A DNA stretch of 64,000 nucleotides, from assembly GCA_965220245.1 (NCBI GenBank), contig CBDCPI010000013.1, positions 456,900 to 520,899 on the forward strand, given 5' to 3'. The notes beneath the pieces were generated by a model that did not search any database, was not told the DNA's origin, and saw only the letters and a list, made by a program, of their open reading frames with translations. Position numbers and translations under genes: made by a program. Origin of the DNA: Dehalococcoidia bacterium (GTDB taxonomy: Bacteria; Chloroflexota; Dehalococcoidia; Lucifugimonadales; UBA3495). Shown here piece after piece: positions 54,236 through 62,846 of the stretch (positions are counted from its first letter, which is position 1; each line of letters begins with the position of its first letter).

Positions 54236-54777
54236 GCTCCTTGCTCCCCCCTCCTAATCAAGGCGACCTCATCTATCCCGTCGGTCTCTCGCAGCCGCAC
54301 CTTCACCTGCTCATCGAGGGCGGTTGGAATATTCTGGCCTACGTAGTCGGGTCTGATGGGTAATTCCCGGTGACCCCGGTCCAATAGCGTGGCGAGTTGG
54401 ACTTGCTTGGGCCGACCAAAGTCGTTCAGCGCGTCCAGGGCCGCCCGGATGGTGCGGCCAGTGTACAAGACGTCATCTACCAGCACCACCTTTTTATCGT
54501 GAATGGCCACCGGCATGTCCGTCGGCCGGACCAAAGGCCGGGTCCGGTCTTGCAGATCATCCCGGTAAAGGCTAATGTCCAAGGCGGCTACCGGGACATC
54601 GCTGCCTTCGAACCCGGCGATGTTGCCAGCCAACCGGTTGGCCAGCGGGACGCCCCGGGTATAGATGCCCACCAGCACCAGCCCTTCCGTGCCTCGGTTA
54701 CGCTCCAAGATCTCGTGAGCTACCCGGGCCAGCGCTCGCCGGACGTCTTCTTGGTTCATTACTTGCCGTTCGGCCAT
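54232..54777 (-). CDS. pyrR: Bifunctional pyr operon regulator / uracil phosphoribosyltransferase PyrR
   Basis: Collinear with B. subtilis PyrR (...[16 protein letters not shown]...LVGI.TRG..LA.RLA..I...DISLYRDD...[17 protein letters not shown]). I chose ATG 54777 because the ORF-track extension contains the attenuator terminator. Confidence 0.93.
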   Translation of the reverse strand: MAERQVMNQEDVRRALARVAHEILERNRGTEGLVLVGIYTRGVPLANRLAGNIAGFEGSDVPVAALDISLYRDDLQDRTRPLVRPTDMPVAIHDKKVVLVDDVLYTGRTIRAALDALNDFGRPKQVQLATLLDRGHRELPIRPDYVGQNIPTALDEQVKVRLRETDGIDEVALIRRGEQGA

Positions 54778-54810
54778 TGAAACCACATCAACCCGTAATC
54801 GCGCTACAAG

Positions 54811-54842
54811 AAAAAGCCCCTTGCCAACAGGCTGGCAAGGGG
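54811..54842 (-). terminator. Intrinsic terminator of the pyr leader (attenuator)
   Basis: Minus-strand RNA ccccuugcca-gccugu-uggcaagggg (10-bp stem) followed by cuuuuu. It lies 33 nt upstream of the pyrR start. Confidence 0.85.
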
Positions 54843-54894
54843 TTGCGAAGTCACAGGAAGCCACCGCTCCTAGACTCGACTTAGGGTACTCTAC

Positions 54895-54930
54895 TTTGCC
54901 AGCCTCTCAGGACTGCCTTAAAAGCCTGGC
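54895..54930 (-). promoter_or_regulatory. PyrR-binding (anti-antiterminator) hairpin of the pyr leader
   Basis: Minus-strand RNA gccaggcuuuuaaggcaGUCCUGAGAGGCUggcaaa carries the PyrR box (consensus ..UCCAGAGAGGCU..). Its 3' segment ggcuggcaa can alternatively pair with cuugccagcc of the terminator 5' arm, forming the antiterminator. Confidence 0.8.
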
Positions 54931-55032
54931 TATCCACTTCTGAACAGCCATTGACCCCGGTCACACCAAATATCATTTAGGGATGTTTATCATAACAGCC
55001 CCGCTATCCCCTGGGAAGAGCATAATCAGGCC

Positions 55033-56500
55033 GTAACTGTTCAGACTTGGTGAGGCGAATTTGGCGAAGCCCGCCGCCGCGCTGAAAAACACTGGCGTCC
55101 GGGGGCCGGATGTGGCATAAGAGAACAATGGAAACGGAAGTGGACCTGGACCTGGCGAACCGGGAGACGCTGCTGGCGGTTATCGCGGAACAGCAGGGGG
55201 TCATCACCGGGCAACAGGGCATGATTGCCGAACTGCGCCAGCGGATCGAGAGCCTGGAAGCCCGTCTGTCCGGTGGCGGACCGGGAGCCAGGATGCCCGG
55301 GCATAAGCCCGCCGCCAGGCGCAAGAAGCCGGCGGCGGAAGGAAAGAAGCCGCGCAGGAAGCGTCAGCACGGCTTTGCCCGGCCGCGGATGGAACCCACC
55401 GGGCGGGTGGTCCACGCCCCGGAGTCTTGCCCCGATTGCCATACCACCCTGACTGGGGGATGGGCGCAGCGGACCCGGGAGGTCATAGACATTCCGGTAG
55501 TCCCGGCGGAAGTCACGGAGCACGTATTCATAGCCCGGACCTGTCCATTGTGCCGGAAACGGCGGCGGCCCCAGGACCCCCTGAAAGGTCTGGCCGCGGG
55601 CCGTCAACGCCTGGGGGCCAACCTGGTGAGCCTGATCGTGACCCTGCGGGAAGAGGCCCGGTTGCCCGTAAGGACCATCCAATGGTATCTGCGAACGTTG
55701 CATCAGTTGAAACTGAGCGTTGGGGCCATCGTCCGGGCTGTCCACCAGGTTGCCAGGCAAGCCGGACCGGAAGTGGGCGAGATTCTGGAGCGCATCCGTT
55801 CCAGCCCGGTGGTCCACGCTGATGAGACGGGCTGGCGGGAGAACGGGAAAAACGGCTACGTTTGGACTTTCAGTACGCCCACGGAGCGGTTCTTCCTGCG
55901 CCGGGGCCGGGGCAAGGAGGTGGTGGACGAGGTCCTGGGCGAGTCCTTCGGCGGGATTCTGGTGAGCGATTTCTACGCCTCCTACGATCACTACCCCGGA
56001 TTGAAACAGCGGTGTTGGGCCCACCTGCTTCGGGACATCCACAAGCTGAAGGCGCTGTACCCGGAAGACGGCGGGCGGGCTCAATGGGCGCTGGGAGTGC
56101 AGCGGCTTTACGTCAAGGCCCGGGCATGGGCGGCGGAAGGCGGACGGCCCCCGCCCCGGGGACAGTTGCTCTTGGAAGAGCGGTTGCTGGCGCTGTGCCG
56201 CCCTTTCCTGGAAGACCCATTGGCAGTGCAAGCCAAGCTCTGCTGGCGGATTGAACGGCACATCAAGGAACTGTTTGTCTTCGTGTCTCATCCGGAGACG
56301 CCTTCGGACAACAATGCCGCCGAACGCAGTCTCCGCCACCTGGTAGTCAGCCGGAAAATCAGCGGCGGGACCCGCTCCGAACAGGGCAGCGACAGCAAAA
56401 TGGCTCTGGCCTCCCTCTTCGGCGCTTGGCGGGCCAAGGGCCTCAATCCCTTCCCGGAAACCCGCCGGTTGCTCATTTCCCCTCAAGTCTGAACACTTAC
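55033..56500 (+). mobile_element. IS66-family insertion sequence, single-ORF type (1468 bp)
   Basis: Inverted termini GTAACTGTTCAGACTTG and CAAGTCTGAACACTTAC match at 16/17 positions. An 8-bp direct repeat ATCAGGCC sits at 55025-55032 and 56501-56508. Confidence 0.88.
55110..56492 (+). CDS. IS66-family transposase
   Basis: 460 aa. N-terminal leucine-zipper-like region, zinc-finger CPDC...CPLC, and DDE core ...VVHADETGW...VSDFYASY...CWAHLLRD...SDNNAAERSLR. Confidence 0.9.
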   Translation: MWHKRTMETEVDLDLANRETLLAVIAEQQGVITGQQGMIAELRQRIESLEARLSGGGPGARMPGHKPAARRKKPAAEGKKPRRKRQHGFARPRMEPTGRVVHAPESCPDCHTTLTGGWAQRTREVIDIPVVPAEVTEHVFIARTCPLCRKRRRPQDPLKGLAAGRQRLGANLVSLIVTLREEARLPVRTIQWYLRTLHQLKLSVGAIVRAVHQVARQAGPEVGEILERIRSSPVVHADETGWRENGKNGYVWTFSTPTERFFLRRGRGKEVVDEVLGESFGGILVSDFYASYDHYPGLKQRCWAHLLRDIHKLKALYPEDGGRAQWALGVQRLYVKARAWAAEGGRPPPRGQLLLEERLLALCRPFLEDPLAVQAKLCWRIERHIKELFVFVSHPETPSDNNAAERSLRHLVVSRKISGGTRSEQGSDSKMALASLFGAWRAKGLNPFPETRRLLISPQV

Positions 56501-56501
56501 A

Positions 56502-58532
56502 TCAGGCCGTCACCCTCTTTCGCCGGTTGTTCACGTAGTCGACCAGAACGTACTCCCCCAGACTCGCCGCGCTACTGTAGAACGCTCTTCCTTGGTTGAT
56601 TCTGGTCAACCGTTCGACGAAATTCACCAATTGGTACGAGTTTTCTAACATGAAGGTGTTGATGACGATGTCCTCTTGGGTGCATCGTTTGACTTCCTTC
56701 AAGGTCTCTTGCTCGGTGCGGTAGCTGGGGGGATAGCTGAAGAACGCCCGGTCTCCTTCCAGATGGGCAGTGGGTTCGCCGTCGGTAATCAACAGGACCT
56801 GCCGCGTGCCGCCCTTCTCCTTAGACAGCAGCTTCCGGGAGAGCATGAGTGCGTGGTGCAAGTTAGTGCCGGAGACCCAAGCATTCCAGCTTGATTTAGC
56901 CAGTTCTTCCTCTTTGATTTCCCTGGCGTAGTCGGAGAAGCCGATAATGTGGAGGGTATCCCGAGGATACTGGGAGCGGATCAAAGCCATCAGCGCGACG
57001 GTTACTTTCTTGGCCGCTTGGAAGTTGTTGAACAACCCCATGGAGCGGCTCTGGTCCAGCAAGACCACGGTGGCCGCTCTGGTCATGTGCTCGGTACGGT
57101 ATATTTCGAAGTCTTGAGGGCCCATCTTCACCGGTACCTGGGGCCCGCCTCGAAGCACCGCGTTCTTTACGGTAGTCTGAAGATCGATCTGGAAGGGGTC
57201 TCCAAACTCGTAGGGTTTGGTGTCGCCCAAAAGATCGCCGTTGGCGCCCCGGGTATCCATCAGGTGGTTACCCATGCGGTCCTTCTTGAGGTGGGCGAAG
57301 ACCTCTCGCAACGCCTTTTGGCCGATGCGGCGCATACCCCGGGCTGTCAGGTCCATCTTGTCGTCGTCGGTTACGTACCCGGCGTCCTTAAGAAGTTGGC
57401 GCAGGCGCTCCAGTTCCTCCCAAGCCCGCCGGGCTTCTTCTCCCAGCAACTCGGCAAGCTTGTCGGGGTCGATCTCATCCAGGTTGCCGGTGCGCATCGC
57501 CTGCCGCAACGCCTCCTCCAGTTGGTCCTGGTCTTGGAGATGACGCATTAGCTCCATGGCCTGCTCCATAGTGAGGCTGTCGTCGCCCAAGAAGGGGTAT
57601 TGGCGGCGCAATTCATCCATGGGCATCATTTGTTCCATCAGAGAGGCCAACTCGGCCATCTCCCGGCGGGTCTCCGGGTCCAAGGCAGCACCAAGGGCGT
57701 CTTCCAGCTCCCGCCGCATTTCCGGAGACATGCTTTCCATCATGGATTGCATCTGCGCCAGTTGTTGCTGTAGCTGCTCCATCAACTCTTCGAAGCTCTG
57801 AGGGGGGTTGGGGCCGAACATCGGACCAAACTGCTGCATGAAACCTTCAAAATCAGGTTCCCGTCCCTCCAGTTTGTCACGCATCATCTGGTTAAGCTGG
57901 CGCATCATCTCCCGCATGGCCGCCATATCCTCAGGAGACATGCCCTGTAGCTGCTGCTGCATCTGCTGGGAGAGGTTTTGGGCCATCTGGGACTTCAGCA
58001 TGTCCAAGAGCTCTTGGAACTTTTGCTGGGCTTCGGGGTCAATGAAGTCGTACTCCATCAACTCTTGAATTTGCCCCCCAACGCCCTCGGGAAGCTTGTC
58101 CAAGCGTTCCCGGTTGCGGTCGGCCCGCTGTTGCAGAAGCCGATTGAGGTTCTCTTGTTGCTCCCGCTCGTCTTCTGGCGCTTGGGCTACCTGCTGCCGG
58201 GCCTGCTCCAAACGCCGGTCTATGCCTTCCCTCTCGGTGTTGATGATGTCCTCCAACTGCTCCTTGAGGTCATCCACCACCGAGTCCATGTTGTACTGTT
58301 GTAGCTGCTGGCGCCGCCGGTTCTTTAGTTGCTCCAGTAAGTCTTTGATACCGGGCAACTGGTTTCCGTCCCGGTTTTGCATCCCATTGCGGAACATCTC
58401 CCGAAGAGCCCGCATTACGTCTCCCTGCTTCAACAACTCCTCCGAGAGGAGGTCCATAAGCTCGTCGGCGTCAATGTCGAAGATACTTTGGGTGCCGTCC
58501 CATTGGGAGTAACGATAGGTGCGGTAAAGCAT
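56502..58532 (-). CDS. vWA (CoxE-like) domain protein with a long Gln/Glu/Met-rich coiled-coil region
   Basis: N-terminal YRTYRYSQWDGTQ, about 400 aa of low-complexity helical sequence, and a C-terminal vWA with MIDAS motif VVLLDQSRSM...ITDGEPT. I chose ATG 58532, after GAGGT. Confidence 0.85.
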   Translation of the reverse strand: MLYRTYRYSQWDGTQSIFDIDADELMDLLSEELLKQGDVMRALREMFRNGMQNRDGNQLPGIKDLLEQLKNRRRQQLQQYNMDSVVDDLKEQLEDIINTEREGIDRRLEQARQQVAQAPEDEREQQENLNRLLQQRADRNRERLDKLPEGVGGQIQELMEYDFIDPEAQQKFQELLDMLKSQMAQNLSQQMQQQLQGMSPEDMAAMREMMRQLNQMMRDKLEGREPDFEGFMQQFGPMFGPNPPQSFEELMEQLQQQLAQMQSMMESMSPEMRRELEDALGAALDPETRREMAELASLMEQMMPMDELRRQYPFLGDDSLTMEQAMELMRHLQDQDQLEEALRQAMRTGNLDEIDPDKLAELLGEEARRAWEELERLRQLLKDAGYVTDDDKMDLTARGMRRIGQKALREVFAHLKKDRMGNHLMDTRGANGDLLGDTKPYEFGDPFQIDLQTTVKNAVLRGGPQVPVKMGPQDFEIYRTEHMTRAATVVLLDQSRSMGLFNNFQAAKKVTVALMALIRSQYPRDTLHIIGFSDYAREIKEEELAKSSWNAWVSGTNLHHALMLSRKLLSKEKGGTRQVLLITDGEPTAHLEGDRAFFSYPPSYRTEQETLKEVKRCTQEDIVINTFMLENSYQLVNFVERLTRINQGRAFYSSAASLGEYVLVDYVNNRRKRVTA

Positions 58533-58619
58533 GGTTACCTCGTTGCGCCGGGTTGTGGATGTCCCATAATACGCCCAGCTATCGCAGAACAGCAAGGCCG
58601 GGCCGATTTCTGTGGAGGA

Positions 58620-59141
58620 TTAGGTGACCGCCGCTCCCAGGATGTTTCGCAGGTGTCCCAGCGCCCACGTGTGGGCATCGGGATCGAAGGTGGCCACGCA
58701 ATTGGCTGGCGCCTCCACCCGGTAGTCCCGGTTGCGGGCGTCGGCGGTGGTGTGAAGCACGCAAATGTCGGTGCAGACACCGCAGACGATGAGTTTATCA
58801 GGCTTCAGACGCTCCAGCCGTTGGTCCAGTCCGGTGTTGAAGAAACCGCTATAGCGGTTCTTGGGAACGACGTTGGAATCCGTGACGAACTCTTCCAACT
58901 CCGGTACGACGTTGGGTTCCTCGGTGCCCTTGACGCAGTGGACGGGGAACATTTGGAACTCCAGGTCGTCGGGGTCATGATGGTCTGAGACGAAAAGAAT
59001 CGCGGAACCCTTGGTCTGCTCCCGCTCCAGCAGCGAGCGGATATTTGGGATAACCCTCCTCGCATCGTCGCCGCAGTAGAGGTTGTGGCCCGGCTCCAGG
59101 AAACCCTTGACCATGTCCAATACCAAAACTACGTTAGCCAT
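58620..59141 (-). CDS. Isochorismatase-family cysteine hydrolase, nicotinamidase (PncA)-like
   Basis: 173 aa. LVLDMVKGF (Asp), FPVHCVKGTEE (PncA-like WP.HC..G), and VCGVCTDICV (the catalytic Cys). Confidence 0.8.
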   Translation of the reverse strand: MANVVLVLDMVKGFLEPGHNLYCGDDARRVIPNIRSLLEREQTKGSAILFVSDHHDPDDLEFQMFPVHCVKGTEEPNVVPELEEFVTDSNVVPKNRYSGFFNTGLDQRLERLKPDKLIVCGVCTDICVLHTTADARNRDYRVEAPANCVATFDPDAHTWALGHLRNILGAAVT

Positions 59142-59206
59142 GACTCACTCCCCGGGGCGTGATGTACGCTCCCAATTGCCCTATGCTGCCCTGAATACTG
59201 CATCAT

Positions 59207-60991
59207 TTAGGCCAGCTCAATCAAATGGGGCGCCAGGCTTCGCTTGCGCCGGTGGCGGTCCACAAGCTGTTGCTGGTAGTCCTGCCACTCTGCTTCACGT
59301 CCACAGGCCAGATATATGGAACGGGCCTTGCCCAACCAGCGCAGGGCATTGGAATAATACTTCGACTTGCCCGCATCCATGATAGAGTCTGCCTCTCGCC
59401 GGCAGTGGCCGATGCACCAGTCCGGGTAAAGTTCGCCGGCCGCATCCACCACGTCGGCCAGCAGTTCGTGTCCCACGTAGGCATCCTCATCAACTGCCTG
59501 GACCGCCTCAGCCACCATGTTTTCATGCAGATAAATCTTGATTCTCGCCGGACCGCGTGCAGAATCCGCCAAGTGTTCCAAGAGCGAGCCTTTTATTTGA
59601 GGCCATTGGGACCCAGCCCGGGCCTTGACTTCTCCGTAGTCGGCCAGATCGAGGCTTTCTCGGAATGCGATGATGCCCGACTGCAAGGCTAGTCCAGGTT
59701 GGCCGGCAACATCCGCCGCTTGCCGCAGCCATCGGGCCAGGCCGGACTTCCACCCTTCCAGAGTCAGACCGTGGCGGGCAACTTGCAATGCAGGCTCGGT
59801 CTCACTGGCGTCCCATAATTGCCCGGCCAGACTCATGGCCTCTTCGGCATTATGGAGATAATTCAGTCCGTAAGCCACGGCTTCGGCTACTTGCCCCAGC
59901 TTGACCAGCATGGTCGTATAGCTCTCCGTCTGCCCCTCCGCTTCGGCCAGGTAGAGGTATTCCTGCGTCCTTCCTTGGCGTTCCAGCACGGCGAGCCGCA
60001 CTTGGGCCAGTTCGTGAGAGTAGTAGGAACGCTCGCCTTCCCGGTCCCCCCGGCGGGCAACTTCCCCATTCAAGACTCGACGCAGGTATGGAGTGTCCCA
60101 TCCTTCCAGCGCAGCCGCTTGGGGCATGTCAAACGCATCTTCGATGCCATATTGGTCCACTTCTCCAGCCCATGCGGTTAACTTTTCAGCCCACGCCTGG
60201 CGTTGGTCGCGAGTCAAAGGGACCGCCAGGAGGGCCTCTGCCCATGCCAGGTCCAAATCTTCGAAGAAATCGCCCAATTCACCGTTGGAATCATCCACGG
60301 TATACCAACCGGAAACATACTCCTCGGTTAGCGCATCCAGGACATCCAGCGAGTTTTGGCCGTTACCCGAATACAGGACCTCACGGACCTCTCCCAAAAT
60401 TGCGCCAACTCCATCAATCACGGTATCCGCGTACCGGTAATCATAGGAACGCCCGTGTCCGCCCCCATAAAGGATTCCGCCGACCCTGCGCCGGACAGCA
60501 TCGGGATTGACGGCTGGGCGTTTGGGGGATAGCGGCGCTTCTTCGGAGGCAGCTTCCGGTGCGCCGGCGAGTTCCTGGGCAATGGCTTCGATCTGGTCTG
60601 CCAGGCCAAGCTGCCGCTGGGCCAACTTGACGAGAAGAGTCTTCAACTGGTCACGGTCCAGCCTGTCTATTACATCTTCTACGGAAGGATGCTGCTGGAT
60701 GCGGTCCTGATTGTGGATACATTCGAGAAGAGCAGCCACGATATGCTTGCAAATGCCGCCCCATTCGTAAGGACAGCTACAATCGGCATCCTGGAAGGCC
60801 CCGGAGCGCAGAGCAACACGCACCCGGTAGGGACGGTATTCACTTCCTTGCACCTCTGCGAAGAGCTCCTCGCCTCGCCGCGACACCGTTAAGACCGCGC
60901 CATCTTCGTAGTATTCGCGGCCCCGGTGAAATGACTCTTCGCTGGCGTAAGGTTGAATGGAAGCCTCGGTGAGATTGAACGAAACTACCAT
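59207..60991 (-). CDS. SWIM zinc-finger family protein
   Basis: 594 aa. CSCPYEWGGICKHIVAAL is the SWIM CxC...CxH motif near the N-terminus, followed by a long helical C-terminal region. Confidence 0.85.
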   Translation of the reverse strand: MVVSFNLTEASIQPYASEESFHRGREYYEDGAVLTVSRRGEELFAEVQGSEYRPYRVRVALRSGAFQDADCSCPYEWGGICKHIVAALLECIHNQDRIQQHPSVEDVIDRLDRDQLKTLLVKLAQRQLGLADQIEAIAQELAGAPEAASEEAPLSPKRPAVNPDAVRRRVGGILYGGGHGRSYDYRYADTVIDGVGAILGEVREVLYSGNGQNSLDVLDALTEEYVSGWYTVDDSNGELGDFFEDLDLAWAEALLAVPLTRDQRQAWAEKLTAWAGEVDQYGIEDAFDMPQAAALEGWDTPYLRRVLNGEVARRGDREGERSYYSHELAQVRLAVLERQGRTQEYLYLAEAEGQTESYTTMLVKLGQVAEAVAYGLNYLHNAEEAMSLAGQLWDASETEPALQVARHGLTLEGWKSGLARWLRQAADVAGQPGLALQSGIIAFRESLDLADYGEVKARAGSQWPQIKGSLLEHLADSARGPARIKIYLHENMVAEAVQAVDEDAYVGHELLADVVDAAGELYPDWCIGHCRREADSIMDAGKSKYYSNALRWLGKARSIYLACGREAEWQDYQQQLVDRHRRKRSLAPHLIELA

Positions 60992-61021
60992 TTAAACCTT
61001 CCCTCCGCAGAGAGTCTGGGT

Positions 61022-61930
61022 CTACTGGACTGCGCCATTCTCCGCAAACTTAGAGTCCTGGGCCAACATCTCCGAGAGGCCAACCATCTCGAAGCATTCC
61101 TGAAGGCTGGTCATGCCGTCCAGCAAGTGGGAGGTTGTCCCTGACTGCTTGAGTTCGCGCATCACATCGGTGACCGCGCGGCACACCGCCAGCAACGCGC
61201 TGGCCGGGAAGATAACGATCTTGAACCCCAGCTTTTCCAACTCGGGAGCCGGAATCAGGGGCGACTTCCCACTTTCCACGAAGTTATAGAGCATCGGCAC
61301 ATCGAAAGCCGCAGTAACTCGTTCCGCCTCCTCGTGGGTGCGCAGGGCCTCGACAAACAAAGCGTCGGCCCCGGCCCTGATGTAATCTTCACAGCGACGC
61401 ATGGCGTCGTCCCAGCCGGTGACCGCTATGGCATCGGTGCGGACAATAACGGTGAAATCGGGGTTGGTGCGGGCGTCGACGGCGGCCCGAATCTTTTGGA
61501 CCATGTCATCCGCAGAGATGACCCGTTTGTTGTCCAAGTGGCCGCACCGCTTGGGGAACTCTTGGTCCTCGATGTGGATGGCCGCCACTCCGGTACGTTC
61601 ATACTGTCTAACCGTGCGCTGCACGTTTAGCAGGCCGCCATAGCCGGTATCCGCGTCGGCGATTACCGGGATGTCGACCACGCTAGTGATGTCGGAGGCG
61701 TTGGCCAGCATCTCGGTCATGGTGGCCAAGGCTAGGTCAGGATAGCCCAACCGCGCCACCGAGGTACCCGCGCCGGTCATATACACTGCCGGAAAGCCCG
61801 ATTGCTGGATTATGGTGGCGGTCAAGCAGTCGTAGGCGCCGGGCGCAACAATGATACCCGGCTCGGCGAGTAACTGGCGAAAGCGGCTGGCCGCTGTGGT
61901 GGGGGTCTTTCCCATTGCGCGGTTATTCAA
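61022..61930 (-). CDS. Isocitrate lyase / PEP mutase-family enzyme (methylisocitrate lyase or oxaloacetate decarboxylase-like)
   Basis: 302 aa. ...DADTGYGG...AAIHIEDQEFPKRCGHL... Confidence 0.85.
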   Translation of the reverse strand: MNNRAMGKTPTTAASRFRQLLAEPGIIVAPGAYDCLTATIIQQSGFPAVYMTGAGTSVARLGYPDLALATMTEMLANASDITSVVDIPVIADADTGYGGLLNVQRTVRQYERTGVAAIHIEDQEFPKRCGHLDNKRVISADDMVQKIRAAVDARTNPDFTVIVRTDAIAVTGWDDAMRRCEDYIRAGADALFVEALRTHEEAERVTAAFDVPMLYNFVESGKSPLIPAPELEKLGFKIVIFPASALLAVCRAVTDVMRELKQSGTTSHLLDGMTSLQECFEMVGLSEMLAQDSKFAENGAVQ

Positions 61931-61960
61931 CGTAACCTCCGTCGGAGTGGGCCGGACCGC

Positions 61961-62740
61961 TCAGGCGATGAGGCCGCCGTCTATGGTCAGTACCTGACCG
62001 GTAATATAGCTGGCGCTCTCGCCGCAAAGAAACAACACCGCACCCGACACATCCTTGGCAGTCCCAAACCGGCCCATGGGTATTCGGCTCAGAATCTGTT
62101 GTTGAGTCTCCTCGGAAAGCTCTTCTACCATGCCGGTAGTCACGTAGCCCGGAGCCACCGCGTTCACTGTAACGTTCCGGGAGGCGACCTCTCGGGCCAC
62201 GGCCTTGGTAAATCCGATGAGACCCGCTTTGGCTGCCGCATAGTTGGCTTGGCCGGGGTTGCCGCTTAACCCTACCACCGAGGATATGTTTATGATGCGG
62301 CCGCTGCGTTGCTTGATCATGTGGGGCATGGCGAACTTGGAGCAAAGGTAGGCCCCTCGCAGGTTTACGTCCAGCACTTCATCCCAGTCTTTAGCGGTCA
62401 TGCGGAGCAATAACCGGTCCCGGTTGATCCCGGCATTGTTGACCAGAATGTCTATCCGGCCCCACTCGGCCAGTACTCGTTTGATGGCGGCTTGGGCGGA
62501 AGCTTCCTCGGAAATGTCACCCTCGACCAAGAAGGCTTCACCGTGCCGATTGCTGATTTCATCCACCACTGCGTTGGCAGCCTTGGGGCTTGAGTGGTAG
62601 TTGACCCCAACTTTGGCGCCGGCTAAGGCCAGCGTGGAAGCGATCTCGGCGCCGATGCCCCGGGAGGCTCCGGTAACCAGGGCCACTTGACCACTCAGGC
62701 TAGCTTGGTTGACTTTTTCTTGGTTGACTTTTTCAGGCAT
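61961..62740 (-). CDS. fabG: 3-oxoacyl-ACP reductase-like SDR
   Basis: 259 aa. VALVTGASRGIG, NNAG, SSVVG..G..GQANYAAAKAG. It follows plsX. The N-terminus carries a duplicated EKVNQ. Confidence 0.85.
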   Translation of the reverse strand: MPEKVNQEKVNQASLSGQVALVTGASRGIGAEIASTLALAGAKVGVNYHSSPKAANAVVDEISNRHGEAFLVEGDISEEASAQAAIKRVLAEWGRIDILVNNAGINRDRLLLRMTAKDWDEVLDVNLRGAYLCSKFAMPHMIKQRSGRIINISSVVGLSGNPGQANYAAAKAGLIGFTKAVAREVASRNVTVNAVAPGYVTTGMVEELSEETQQQILSRIPMGRFGTAKDVSGAVLFLCGESASYITGQVLTIDGGLIA

Positions 62741-62846
62741 TGTTTCTTGGCTTGGGCCATACCCAGAAGGGCGATTTGCTCCGGAGGGACCCGGTAGACC
62801 AGGTCCGTTGCCAGTCGGCTATACACGATGGGACTATTTGGGGGAA

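Noticed and set aside
54778-54864. The 29-codon N-terminal extension of pyrR given in the ORF track ([29 protein letters not shown]…).
   Set aside because: This stretch is the attenuator terminator and its U-tract read as protein. Alignment with known PyrR proteins supports the ATG at 54777.
55041-56486. A 481-aa ORF on the minus strand covering almost the whole IS66 element.
   Set aside because: It is antisense to a well-supported IS66 transposase. The composition is Pro/Arg/Gly-rich, as is typical of out-of-frame reading in GC-rich DNA, and I recognised no motifs.
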